A DNA stretch of 60,907 nucleotides, the filler included, from Sphacelaria rigidula (taxonomy: Eukaryota), in NCBI GenBank assembly GCA_964200075.2. It is 6 parts of 6 records of this genome, joined end to end, with 100 filler letters (N's around TTAATTAATTAA, not from the genome) between each part and the next. Parts side by side here need not be neighbours in the genome. Positions count along the whole stretch, not along the records: positions 20,339 to 30,406 come from CAXNAA020007213.1; positions 30,507 to 40,573 come from CAXNAA020007214.1; 4 more parts are not named here. One strand, written 5' to 3'. The notes below the pieces were generated by a model, which saw only the letters and a program-made list of their open reading frames with translations, was not told where the DNA came from and made no database searches. A program made the position numbers and the translations under genes. Shown in pieces: positions 27,171 to 38,466 of the stretch (positions are counted from its first letter, which is position 1; each line of letters starts with the position of its first letter).

Positions 27171-28519
27171 TTAAGGGTTAAGGGTTAAGGTGGCTTGCGT
27201 GGTTTTCTCGAATACTATTCCGAGGCGCTAGCACAGTGCACCGTAAAGTAGTGCAGGAGAATACGTCGGCGCCTGGATGGGTACTTTCCCCCTGATTCGA
27301 CGTAGTGGCCACGTATGCATGAGTGCGTATGCGTATACGTATACGTATGGGTACAGGGTTCCTTCCTTTTCGCTGTATCTCGATGAAGGGCTAGGCGACG
27401 ACTTGCGTTACACACTAGATGGCCGTAGAGTATTTTGAAAAGTCCCTTAAAAGGTTCTCTGAAAGGTCCTCTAATAGCCCGAGACGTGGACAGGTGTTAC
27501 AGGTGTCGAACATCCTTTCGTCTCGTGTTCGTTGCCGGGTTACGACTTTCGACGGGAAAGAAGGCACGACGGGCGTGCGGTAAGGTCGACTCGGATATTC
27601 GCACTTACTTACTATGGAGCAGCAAAAATTAGATGATAACTTGAACAATTGTAGGAGCAGGAACTCTTCATCTGTGGTGAGAGGATGTGAGGCGGCTGAC
27701 AAGCCACTGCGATTTCTCCTACCGTGGAGTACAGATAGTTGGTCCGAGATATTTTGTGCATTTGCATCACTTGATGTCATGCGTTGAGATTTCAACTAGT
27801 CAGTCAAGATGATGGCTCGGAGAAATCGTCCCGACCATGCGTCGGCGGATCGCATCGCCGATTGGGATCGATATGCCGATGAAGACATGCGCGTCATGTA
27901 CTATGTACTATTGATGAAGGGAGTACGGTTTCAGTGTTGTTGATGGCGCTGAAGTACTCCAAACGGTCTTGAACGGCTACAATTACACGTGTGCCTAGCA
28001 CAGCGAGAGCTAGTTGTCTCTCTGTTCTGGTCAGATGAATGGTGGTGTACACACGCCCTTGTCGGCACCATGTCAAATGCACCGTGCGCTTCTAGACCTC
28101 ATGTATTGTGGTGGTACCAAGCGCTTGATTCGCACGACGCTATCGTGACACGTGTTGCATGTCACTTCACGCTTACACGGCGCTCAATGTTTTGCGTGGT
28201 GTCGAAACCGTGTGCACGATACCTTTCACACCTTTCACAGGTGCGAGGAGCCAGAAAACCACAAAGGAACACAAGTGTACGACTCTCTGCAGCCCCCTCC
28301 ACACGATGACTACACGGTAGGGCAAGTCGCTCCTTCTTATGTTTATTGTGTATCCCGGTATGGTTGTTTATGCTACTGTACTTTTGTTCATCTGTAACTC
28401 GGGGTGTTTCTCGACTGCTGAATGGAACAGGTTGACGGGCGCTTTTCAGTCTACAGTTTTCAGCTGAAGCCATGCTGCAGGGGTCGAGCATTTAAAGATT
28501 TCATTTTTGTTCATCGTGG

Positions 28520-28797
28520 CCGGTCTTCTCTTTTGTTTCTTTTCTTGTTCTCCTCCTTTCCTTTCCATCCCCCCTTTCTCTTTTCTTTTTTGTTCCTGTT
28601 TTTGTTTTTCGGTCTTCTCCGTTTGTGTGCTCCCCCTTTTTTTTTTCGTTGTTTATTTCCTATTTTTGTTTTTCTTCATCAAGTGTTGTTCCCATTCTGT
28701 TTACCTTGGGTACGTCTATCATGTAGATAATAACCACGGCTAAATACATCTAACGACTAATGACTCTCAGGGACGGGTGACGTGCGACAATCAATAA
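28520..28797 (+). mobile_element. 3' end of the same non-LTR retroelement family
   Basis: T-rich tract then GGGTACGTCTATCATG...CCACGGCT...GTGCGACAATCAAT. Confidence 0.55.
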
Positions 28798-29255
28798 AAG
28801 CGATTAGTTTGCATGTCTTCTGGAAGGGACGGCTAAAACCTCAAAATGTTGTAACGACGTGTTGCTTTGATTCGGATAGTATACGTTACGGCGAGCGCGC
28901 TGCATCAAATCAATTATGCGGCAGTTTTTGGTTGCAGCTCATTATTTTGCTGAGCCGGAGCGCGAGCGGTACTATGGGACTGCCTAACATCTGTCGGTCA
29001 TCTTAACAAGCCGTCACTAGCCAACATGCCATGTTGGTACATGCGTGCTTGGCATAGGGTGTTGGACTTGACGCCACCCAACCCATACGACACATCTTAG
29101 GGCATGTTGTTATCACAACTTCGAACAATTTGGGCTCAGGGTTAGGGTTTCGGGTGTCCTTCTGTGGTGGGCGCATCTCGCATCTCAAGCCCTTTCTGTG
29201 CGCTTTGTGTTCGGACCCACGGTTGCTTTGCGCTCGAGTCCATCTCCGGACACAG

Positions 29256-29549
29256 TTTTCTTACCTCGTCTCTCATGCATACTGTACTGTGTCATACTGT
29301 GTCATGGGACGATGGCGAACGAATCACATGGGCACTGGCTGATCATCATGGCCGACAATGGCTGCATGATTTTGTCGACGGGCACCAACCACCTCATCGC
29401 TACGGGAATATGACGAATCGGCAGCCGGTGCACGGAGCCACGGATGCAGAGGCCATGCCTCGCTGGTATATCCCAAAGGGACGAGAGGACGATACTCTGC
29501 TGTTCGAGTCTAGGTTTGAGTCAGGCAACCTCAGCAGCGCGGAGAAGAT
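29256..29549 (+). CDS. cytosolic carboxypeptidase (CCP/AGBL, M14D tubulin deglutamylase), exon; 5' boundary uncertain
   Basis: DDTLLFESRFESGNLSSAEK ending at|gtgaga; FESGNL is the CCP family motif. Confidence 0.85.
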
Positions 29550-30093
29550 GTGAGACCGCGACACCACACTTGAATGATGCAATTTGCGAGCGGCATCCCG
29601 TGAAACAAGATTAACAAAAGGGGAAACCGTGGTCTTATGCTTTTTCGGGAGGGGGGGGCGTATTCTGTGCCGTGTGTGCTTTATTTTCGGCCGGGCGTGG
29701 GTGAGGAATCGAGCATGCCAAGTGAGGGGAATCTGGTCGTAGCCGCAGGCGATCATCGTCGTCCCCTGACGTTGCTGTTGTATCTGTTGACCCTCTCTGT
29801 GAGTGTTGCGTTTGCGTTTGTTTTGCCTCTACGATTTCCTCCTCCATCAGAAAATTATTGTATCGTTCCACTGACTGCTTTCATGGGTTACGGCTGCCCA
29901 CAGTCAGTTGAAAGGGATGCGTGGTCAATGATCACACGACTAAGGCAAGCAACAAATGAGTACGCCCCCCCCCACAGTCAGTATCCCGAACAGTCGAAGC
30001 TTTCAACACCCAACGTTGGCACTCGTCGGCCTGTTTGCTGTTACGATACCAGTTGACCTTATCGCCTCGGTACGCTGTGCCCTTGGTACCTAG

Positions 30094-30376
30094 TGGAGAT
30101 TGTCCACGTCCAGTACAGGCTGACCAACGTCCGTTTGTTGATCCGTTTCTCTTGATTTCCACTACCGTACCGTATGACACCGAGGGGCGACGAAGAGGGG
30201 ATGACGAATACAACCTCCAGCTGGCTTTCGACATCAACACAGACAGGCATACGCAGTGGTTCTACTTCCGCGTGTCCAACCTCCGCCTCGGCCGGCTCTA
30301 CAAGCTCAACATGCAGAACCTCATGAAAACTGACGCGGTGTACAACTTAGGCATGCAGCCCTTAATGTACTCTCAG
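30094..30376 (+). CDS. cytosolic carboxypeptidase (CCP1/2/3-like), exon; 5' boundary uncertain
   Basis: DEYNLQLAFDINTDRHTQWFYFRVSN...YKLNMQNLMKTDAVYNLGMQPLMYSQ|gtgcgg; gene cut by contig end. Confidence 0.9.
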
Positions 30377-30406
30377 GTGCGGTGTTGTATATAATCCCCC
30401 CCCCCC

Positions 30407-30506
30407 NNNNNNNNNNNNNNNNNNNNNNNNNNNNNNNNNNNNNNNNNNNNTTAATTAATTAANNNNNNNNNNNNNNNNNNNNNNNNNNNNNNNNNNNNNN
30501 NNNNNN
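30407..30506. other. artificial contig-joining spacer
   Basis: identical 100-bp spacer. Confidence 0.97.
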
Positions 30507-30630
30507 CTCCTCCTCAAAATTGCGCATCAGCAGTGTCGTGCGGTACTCCTGAGGGCTTTTCGTCATTCAACGGCTAGGGTCTTCAAACCTCATTTCATTG
30601 ATGAACCTCATCTTTTAGAGTCCCCTGTTT

Positions 30631-30911
30631 TATTCGTGAAATTCAGAGTGCAGTTCCGGATTCAGAGTGAGTATTTCAAACGGAGGACCAGTTTTCTCTG
30701 TGGTCGATTCTTTGGCAAAACAGCTCGTGTCACCAATCACCCAGAATTGGAAGCGGTGAAAACACGCACGTTCATTATTCGGGTTGGGGCGCAAGCCTCG
30801 GCAGCCAACATTTACGTGTTTCATTTGCAAATTATGCAAAATTGTTCCGAATTGTTCCGCCTTTGTGGGTTGATTTTCTCGAGCCTATAAGAAAGTTGCT
30901 TGGTTTAAGTG
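30631..30911 (+). repeat. left copy of 280-bp inverted repeat
   Basis: reverse complement of 40204-40483, about 90% identical by manual alignment. Confidence 0.93.
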
Positions 30912-31168
30912 CGTGTCAATGGGCTACTATCTCACAGCACGCGCCCCCGTCATTTATTTAACACGCTTCCACGCCTTGTTGCACGAAACGCAGCGACACA
31001 TTGATTGAGATACAAGGGTATCTCTCATTTGAGGCGAAGTACTGCCACGTGTCGGTCCTTCAACGTCATTCATTCCATCAGAATAGATACGAAACAGACC
31101 CCACCCGAACGGGAAGGTATCCTCAACAGCAAAATGTTCAAACGACACAAGTCTTCTCCTGCTATCCT

Positions 31169-31690
31169 CTATTTTGCGGGCCCTCCCGTCTGACGTGCCC
31201 TCATGCGAGGGGAGGCTACAGCGGTACGTTTGGTAGCACGATCCTCGTACTTGGGGATGAAGTACTCGTTGAGCAGTTCCTCCCCCTGCTCAAGTTCACG
31301 AGAAATCTTGAACTCGGCGCCATGTTCGGAATCAGACAACATGGACTCAACATCCTGCTTAGACCACTTCCCATCCCACAACGAGCGCCTGGCGACGTTT
31401 TGAGCTCCCGCCTTACTAATAGACGAATTCACGTAATACAAGAAACATATCGGATCGGGTTTGAGGCACAGCGTTGCGTGCTCCCGAGCAATCTCCGTGG
31501 GTTCCAAGAGGGCCTTAAATTGCTCAGCGGCGCAGAGAGCATACCGCGGTACTCCGTCAATCTCAACCGAGTGCAAAACCTCCTGGGGTGTCAATACCTC
31601 GTAGCTACCTACAGCATAAAGCGGCATCGCTTCGTCTCCGAGCTTTAAGTCTTGTGTGGCGAACACGCCCACGCCATCCAGATCAGATCC
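31169..31690 (-). CDS. SET-domain protein, terminal exon
   Basis: tag|GSDLDGVGVFATQDLKLGD ... FLYYVNSS ... FKISRELEQGEELLNEY: the three SET motifs (GxGVFA, RFINHS-like, GEEL..Y). Confidence 0.82.
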   Translation of the reverse strand, partial: GSDLDGVGVFATQDLKLGDEAMPLYAVGSYEVLTPQEVLHSVEIDGVPRYALCAAEQFKALLEPTEIAREHATLCLKPDPICFLYYVNSSISKAGAQNVARRSLWDGKWSKQDVESMLSDSEHGAEFKISRELEQGEELLNEYFIPKYEDRATKRTAVASPRMRARQTGGPAK

Positions 31691-31905
31691 CTATGTCATC
31701 GGAAAGGGGACAACAACAAAAAGTACACGGTGGGTCCTTCGAAAGTTAGCGTACGCGATCGGCCTTCAACAGGGAGTAACGGACGAGGTTCGAAAAAAAG
31801 GCTACACATAAAATGCACATCATGATACTGGTAACTAGTAGAATACTGTATGCCTGGGCAAAATAGGAGTCACTCGCGCCAAGCTGGTACAGCACCAACA
31901 CTCAC

Positions 31906-32040
31906 ATCTTGAACTGCAGCGACCACTTCGCGCGGGGCACGATGGCTTTTACTTTGACTATCTCGCGACCGATGTCCTTGGACCACTGATCGATCTTCCC
32001 ACACTCCTCTTCGGAAGGGATCTGCCCGACGAGCGCACCC
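31906..32040 (-). CDS. internal 135-nt exon upstream of the SET exon
   Basis: cag|...|gtgagt; two open frames; the GC3-rich one reads GALVGQIPSEEECGKIDQWSKDIGREIVKVKAIVPRAKWSLQFK. Confidence 0.55.
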
Positions 32041-32425
32041 CTGGCAAATAAAGGTAGAAAACGGACAACACGCCGACGGGGCCAGAGATTTCGGGTCTTC
32101 ATGTCGATTGATTGATTGATTATCTCACATTAGCTGATTGCAACAATATACAGGATGTAAAAATACGCGTGTCTTCAAGTGGGAAGGCGCAGCTTGTGAC
32201 CAACAACAAAAAAGATGTACAAACGTCGGATTTGAAGGCACAGCTAACGATTGCTTAAGCTAGACAGACGCCCATCGGGCGTGCTCTGCCAGAATAGGTG
32301 TTGGATCGACAAGAAAAGCTGAAGCATGAGTGCCATCAAGCCGGCTAGAAGGTTTGAACACATGACTGTAACAAAGGTAGAGGCACGCACAACCAGCCGT
32401 ACCGTGCCAAGCGGTAAATGCAGAC

Positions 32426-32641
32426 CTTCTGCTCGTGCTCCTTCATTTCGAGAAACTCCGGCCTGCCGACCATCTTGAGCGTCACTCTGTTGTGGTCGAA
32501 ACGTTTGACGTCCGGGTGCTTGTCGTCGCGGCCATTGAGATAGCTGACATCCAAGAACACGTCAAGCGCGGCCTCCTTGAAGTTGGTGGCGATGTTGATG
32601 TACTTCGTGAGGGTTGTTTTGACAGGCGGCTTCTCCTCTTG
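32426..32641 (-). CDS. internal exon of the ParB-like/SET locus
   Basis: polypyrimidine-cag acceptor, aag|gtctgc donor, GC3-rich codons; EKPPVKTTLTKYINIATNFKEAALDVFLDVSYLNG...EMKEHEQK. Confidence 0.65.
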
Positions 32642-32741
32642 CTGTTGGCCGAGGGAACAACGGAGGAAAGTGATCACAGCGCCGAGCATAATGCATTCGA
32701 GTGGGCCTTGGAGTTCAAGACACGATGCTTCAGCTACTTCA

Positions 32742-33743
32742 GGCCGCTTCTTATAGACTGAAAAAAGTATCTGGACGACTATCCTCAGAGGCTTGTTTCA
32801 GAGAAATCAGTTTGCAGAACTCCACCTCTCAGATTTTGAAAAAATCCTGGGGATTTGTACACCCGAGGCCATCATCTAGCCTGCGTGCAGGCGGTGGTAG
32901 TGGTCATCATTTGCATTTCGTGCTTGAGTCACCTGAGGTAAACCAACACGTAAACAATCCCATCGAGGTACAGGATAGATGGGATGACAACATACACAGA
33001 GGCACAAACACTCACACACACGCGCAGTAGCTACCGGTACAATAGGGAACGAAATAATAGGCGTATCAACCCTTACTTCAGCCGATCGCCGCTTGGTGCT
33101 GTAGTCTTGTCGGTGTAATTTGTTGCGCAGCAGACGGTTTGTCCCACGCTGCACACAACAAATTCAAGCGACAGTTAGCAGTGCGGTAGCAAGCCTCTTA
33201 GTACACAGACTACTACAGAGTCTTCAATCGGTGGCGGGCACGACTAGCATGAAACGATACGAGCAGTCAACACAGCCAGTGGGGGTGACATCGTGCAATT
33301 TTACGGTAGTAACGCTGCCGGCAAAAAGCGCTGTACTGTCTGTACTGTCTGTCCTGCGGTCATGAAGAGGATGCATCGCGTGTTGCAGCAGTGATGCTGT
33401 TGCCACGATACTGTACATACAACATGCATAGCTACTTTTGCTCTGACTGTACAACGCTTGTATGGGAGGAGTATGTGATGGAGCCCTGACTGTACCATTG
33501 TGGGTGCAATGTGCGAGGAATGTATTATGGAACTACAGTTCCCAGAGAGAGAAATTCTCTGCGAATCGACGGCTTTTCGCATAGGGATTTCGCAAAATCC
33601 CGCTCCCTGCAAATTTCGGCCAGTTTCCACATTATTTTTAAATGAAAAATGGCCTTGTAAGGTAGTGTTCTGAAAAACGTCTCTGGAGACTGACCAAAAC
33701 GACTCTCGTCAGAGACGTTTTTTTCCGTCTGTAAGAAGCGGCC
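32742..33743. mobile_element. PIF/Harbinger-like non-autonomous element in an intron
   Basis: TIRs GGCCGCTTCTTATAGAC / GTCTGTAAGAAGCGGCC; flanks TCA and TTA; another end at 37980 preceded by TTA. Confidence 0.65.
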
Positions 33744-33942
33744 TTAGTCTCACCCAGAGTCATCTACAACTTGACCCCAGAAGGGGTGGATTATCAACCG
33801 CTGCTACAGACGACGACGACAGTGAGTGATCCCAACGGTTTTGAGTGTCTCACGGCGACAGCAGAAAACTATTCACAAATCGCGTGGCACGCGCACGAGT
33901 ATGGTCAAGTGGCTTGTAGGCAACACGCGAATGCTCACTTGC

Positions 33943-34094
33943 TTATATGAACTCCTTCCTGACGAGATTGCAGAGCCGGTTCTCGGTAAGCGAAGAGCCT
34001 TGACCCTGCTGGACAGCCCTCAGGATGGTCCTGTACCACCTGATCTGATCGACCAACAAGCGCTCGACCAAAGTAGCGGCGATTCGGTTCAAGC
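33943..34094 (-). CDS. ParB-like locus exon ending in an in-frame TAA
   Basis: catcag|(G)LNRIAATLVERLLVDQIRWYRTILRAVQQGQGSSLTENRLCNLVRKEFI*; donor GTGAGC 4 nt after the stop. Confidence 0.6.
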
Positions 34095-34835
34095 CTGATG
34101 CAGAAACAAGAGCCGAGAGAACATACGAAACATCATGTCACGAAAAAATGAAACCTGGTTATGCTGGATGACTTCAAGTATTATTTCACAAAATTCCGAC
34201 ACGATGCGCATGAGGTAATTCGTGAAGTCCCCATCATCCCCCCTCGACATCTTATTTTCCAATGCGTCGTCGACAAAAATGTAATAGGAAAATCTGTTCC
34301 GAAATTTAGATCACCAGTAACGTACAAGGAAAATAATAACAGAAGATGGGGAAACGGTTGAGTCCCCACCTATACCCGATGTATATCGTATAAAAAATTA
34401 ATGGAGAAAAAATCAAATTCAGCAGTGAAATCGCGTTTTTCTGTCGATAACCGGTTCATTTCCTTTCAGGGTACAACAATCTCAGCCGGGACTTTGACGT
34501 TTTCTACAAGCGGGACGCCTTGGCGCGCCGGAGGTCTCGTCTGTGCGCCATCTCAGGCATGGAGCGCCTACAGTACGACATGCGTTCTTGTACGACCACA
34601 ATTGGTGCAGCATCATCACTGTGCGGCCGCGACACAAACTGTAAGCGCAAATGCCAATTCGGCCGTTTTCTCCCCGAAATTTTGCCGCACAGCCTTCGAC
34701 ACTCAATTCTCTACACTTCGCAGCTGACTGCTGTGCAGAGCTATGGCTAGACGTCCCTCGTGCCAAGGCGCCTAAGCGAAATTGGAATATCAAGACAAAA
34801 AGAGGAAGCAAAACAAAATATTCATGCCAGCTCAC

Positions 34836-35021
34836 CGTGAGAAACCATTCTCTCCGTTGCAGGAGACATCTGACGGTGGACTTGAACCATGATCACCGTG
34901 TCCGTGCCACGCCTGCGGCCGATGTTGTGCACGGCACCCGTCCAGTGGTAGCCATCCAGAACCCTGAAGGTCGTCGTCGCATTTCTCAGATGATCTTCGA
35001 GGTCGATATCGGAAGGGAGAG
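34836..35021 (-). CDS. ParB/Sulfiredoxin-like domain exon
   Basis: aag|(P)LPSDIDLEDHLRNATTTFRVLDGYHWTGAVHNIGRRRGTDTVIMVQVHRQMSPATERMVSH|gtgagc; phase 1 at both ends, matching neighbours. Confidence 0.6.
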
Positions 35022-35171
35022 CTTCGTTTCACACAACAACAGGAGCTTATGCATGCCTAAACCCGTCTTTCTCTACCGATGCCTCCAACGTTTTCAAGCC
35101 CGACTCTCTCTGCAATCTACCGATGGGATCCTTCTAGTGCAGAGGAAAAAGGGGTCGAGCAGTTTGCTTAC

Positions 35172-35234
35172 GTCTACAGCAGCAGGCTTGTCTTCCATCG
35201 CAATAACCCTGGGCACGCACGAGAGGGAGAAACG
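35172..35234 (-). CDS. ParB-like locus upstream exon
   Basis: tcag|FLPLVRAQGYCDGRQACCCR|gtaagc; phase-compatible with 35021. Confidence 0.5.
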
Positions 35235-35299
35235 CTGACCCACACCCGGAGAATGTGGTGAAGAAAGGGAGAGGCGCCGGATAATGAGGGGTGGGGGGT

Positions 35300-35513
35300 T
35301 GTAATGCGTGAGAGGATCGCGTGCTTAGAGGACCGCATCGGAATTTGAACATCCCTATGGTTAAGGTTAGGGTTAGGGTTAGGGTTGAGGTTGTTATGGT
35401 CAGGAGCGTGGTACCTGCAGGGACTGGCCCAATTGATTTCGAAAAACGTCGATTCTGAGGTGTTTTGAACTACGGCGCAGTCCTCTAAGCACGCGGTCCT
35501 CTCACGCATTACA
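35300..35513. mobile_element. 214-bp MITE, TGT...ACA termini, 5-bp TSD, internal TTAGGG repeats
   Basis: 37-bp TIR TGTAATGCGTGAGAGGATCGCGTGCTTAGAGGACCGC; GGGGT on both flanks. Confidence 0.85.
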
Positions 35514-36709
35514 GGGGTGACGAAAAAAATCAGATGCGGATGATATTAGGCGGCGGGGTTTTTTGTCGATACGGTTCAAGGACGAAACACGACCGCTTGT
35601 TTTTGCACCCGCGTGCGTCGGCTGCACTGACGTTTTCTTACAGCGTAAGACAGCATGAACAGCCTAGGTCAAATATAACTTCAATCGGCGGTGGCGTTGT
35701 TCCGGGCTATCCATTCGAATCGAGGTTGAACTGAAGCCAGCTGTTGAACCACATGGCACTTCCTCTTTTATTTGATTGGATGAGTTTCAACTGATGTCAG
35801 CAACGTGTTGTTGACCACGGATCGGGTACAGATGGATCAATTAGCTACAGAACCACCTTCGTCTGAGAAACGTATCTAGTAGTATAATTCAAAAGGATTC
35901 GACGTCTCAACCGTTGCCCGTTGCCCTCTGCAACCCCCCCCTCTCCCCACCCGTTCCCACAACCATCTGGCCTGCATCACCAATCACCTGGAACCTGAAG
36001 CGAAGGCTGCACGTGGTCAAGATCGGCGTCACGTGGTCAAGACCATCCCGGTGGCCTCTGTCTCTCCAGTCGCATGCGCCTTTTGCCCACCATGTATACG
36101 GTGAGTCTTGACAAATTCAACTGTTGAAAGCTTCCGCTGCTGTCGTTGAAGCAGTTTGTCTCGTTTCTTAGAGCAATTGAGTCCCATCAGACGCCACGTG
36201 ACGGATGACGCAGGCGAGTGCAACCCATGCCCGAAGTAGTCTTGCATGGTCGGACGTAAATATCATGCGTCATCACACACGTATCGATGACATGAACTGC
36301 AGCTCGTTCGGTGTGGGCTCCTTTGTGGTGTGCGCTCGACTATTAACTCAAATGCCTCTTGTTCTGCCAAATCGAAGATACACCGGGACAGAATGTGCTT
36401 CATTAAATGAGCGGGCAAAGCCAGCCTCTCAAGCCAAACCTCCCGCACACAGATTAGCGTAAACCAAAGGGACTGTAGAAAGCGCGACTATGGCCGAGTG
36501 TTCAAACTCGGCACTGGCCCAAAATTCAAGACCTCTCCATGATCAGACGAAGGACTGAAACATAGGGCATACCCTGTTTCACTGCTGTACCGCAGCAGAA
36601 ACACTCAATCCGTGTTGCATGTGTCGGAGCTTCGACTGTCTGTTCTGTTGTGGTATGCTCACGCATTGCGAACACGGTTTGGATTGAATGGGCTGCGATA
36701 TTGCACGAC

Positions 36710-36807
36710 TGGCCACTGGGGTGCCTGCAACCTCAAATTTGGACGTTACAGACGTTGCACAACGTCTGTAACGTCCAAATTTGAGGTTGCAGGCACCCCA
36801 GTGGCCA
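36710..36807. repeat. perfect palindrome: 48-bp arms, 2-nt loop
   Basis: 36710-36757 is the exact reverse complement of 36760-36807. Confidence 0.97.
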
Positions 36808-37189
36808 CCCGTGTGTCGGTGTGTTCGTCGCTGCAGAAAACATAATCGGTCGGCACGCAGCGCTGGCATCACACATTTGAAAGCTTCATGGGTGTGTTTG
36901 ACTATTTCGTCTTCGGTAAGACGAACAACGCATTGTCCGTTGATGCGACACTCCAGCTGATGTCGCGCGTTGGGCGCATGTACTATACATGTACCGTACT
37001 TGTGTTTTGTGCTCAGCGCACAACAGTGTATTATCGATGATACTGGATTTTGCTGAAACGCGCTACGAGTTGGACCGCACGCACACTTGGTTTTAGAGTT
37101 CTCCCCTGAAACTTCCCAAGCGAAATGGAGCGATATGATTGGTGAGTTAGCGAGCGATCTGTCCTGCTCCAAATGCAGCTTGCCCTTGA

Positions 37190-37830
37190 TCTTGGCTGCG
37201 CACATATGATGTACTGATGATGTAAAGTAACGTACACATATTACACGTATACATCTACACTTCGTCTTGGAATTTGCGCTCTAACTGCAGGTCGCTGGAC
37301 TTGCAGCTTTCATGTCGCCGACAGGGGTCGCACCGGCGCCTCCGACCGCTGCAGCGAAGGGACCGCAAGCGGACGACCAGCCATCAACTCCTCCTGTGAC
37401 TTCGGTAAGTCTTCCCAGATGCGGGTATTGAAGGCTTCCGCTGCTATCGTTGTCCCAGTTGTATCGTCTCTTGTAGAAATTGAATCCCATGCGCAAAGTG
37501 GTCTTGCATGATTGAACGTAGATATCAGGCGTCCTCACACACGTGTCGATGACATGAACTGCAGCTTGTTCGGTGTGGGCTCCTTCGTGGTGTGCGCTCG
37601 TCTACCAACTAGAATGCCTCCTGTTCTTGGCTGCGCACATATGATGTACTGGTGATGTAAAGTAACGTACGCATATTATATATACAAACGTCGTTGGGGT
37701 ATTTGTGGCCAAAACTCGGGCCGTTGAGCTCGCAGCTTTTATGTCGCCGAACGGGATGGCACCCGGGTCTCCGACCGCTCCACCGGAGCCACCGCAAGCA
37801 GACGATCAGCCACCTACTATGCCTCGGACT
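37190..37830. repeat. local tandem duplication (period about 435 bp) with a third partial copy at about 36120-36365
   Basis: CTTGGCTGCGCACATATGATGTACTG at 37191 and 37626; CGATGACATGAACTGCAGCT at about 36285 and 37547. Confidence 0.8.
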
Positions 37831-37849
37831 CCTCTAGTGAGTGCTTGGC

Positions 37850-37891
<42 letters not shown>
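37850..37891. repeat. (CT)n microsatellite
   Basis: direct reading. Confidence 0.9.
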
Positions 37892-37979
37892 GTTTGTCTG
37901 TGGGTGTGTTTGTGCGTGTTCAAATGTTTGAGCCGCACAGTAGCAGCCGCCAGATGACAGCACTACCGAATGTTGTTTA

Positions 37980-38185
37980 GGCCGCTTCTCATAGACTGAA
38001 AAAAGTCTCGGAGAAAGTCATTCTGGTCAGCCCCCGGAGACCTTTCGCAGAACGCGACTTTACAGGGCCCTTTTTCACGAAACATATATCTGGAAACTGG
38101 CCGCAATTTGCAGACAGCGGTATTTTGCCGAATATCTTCGCGAGAATCCATTTATTCGCAGAGTTTTTTCTCTTTCCGGGAAATG
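37980..38185 (+). mobile_element. end fragment of the same Harbinger-like family
   Basis: TTA|GGCCGCTTCTCATAGACTGAAAAAAG; diverged reverse complement of about 33540-33743. Confidence 0.65.
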
Positions 38186-38466
38186 TCGTTCCATCACACA
38201 TTCCTCGCACACCGCACCCGCAGTGGTACAGCCGGTACCCGATCACACACCCCTCGCATACAAGCGCAGTATAGACAGCGCAATAGTAGTTGTCCATGTC
38301 GTATGTACATTTTTTGTGACTGATGTTTGGGTTCAGGCTGCATGAAGCGCCTCGTATTGGCAACATTGGCGAGAACTAGCCCAAGCGCGGGAATTCCCAG
38401 CTAATGGTTGTGCGAGCTACGAGTTGTTTTGCTTCATCCTACATCCATTACTTGTCGTGCCAACAG

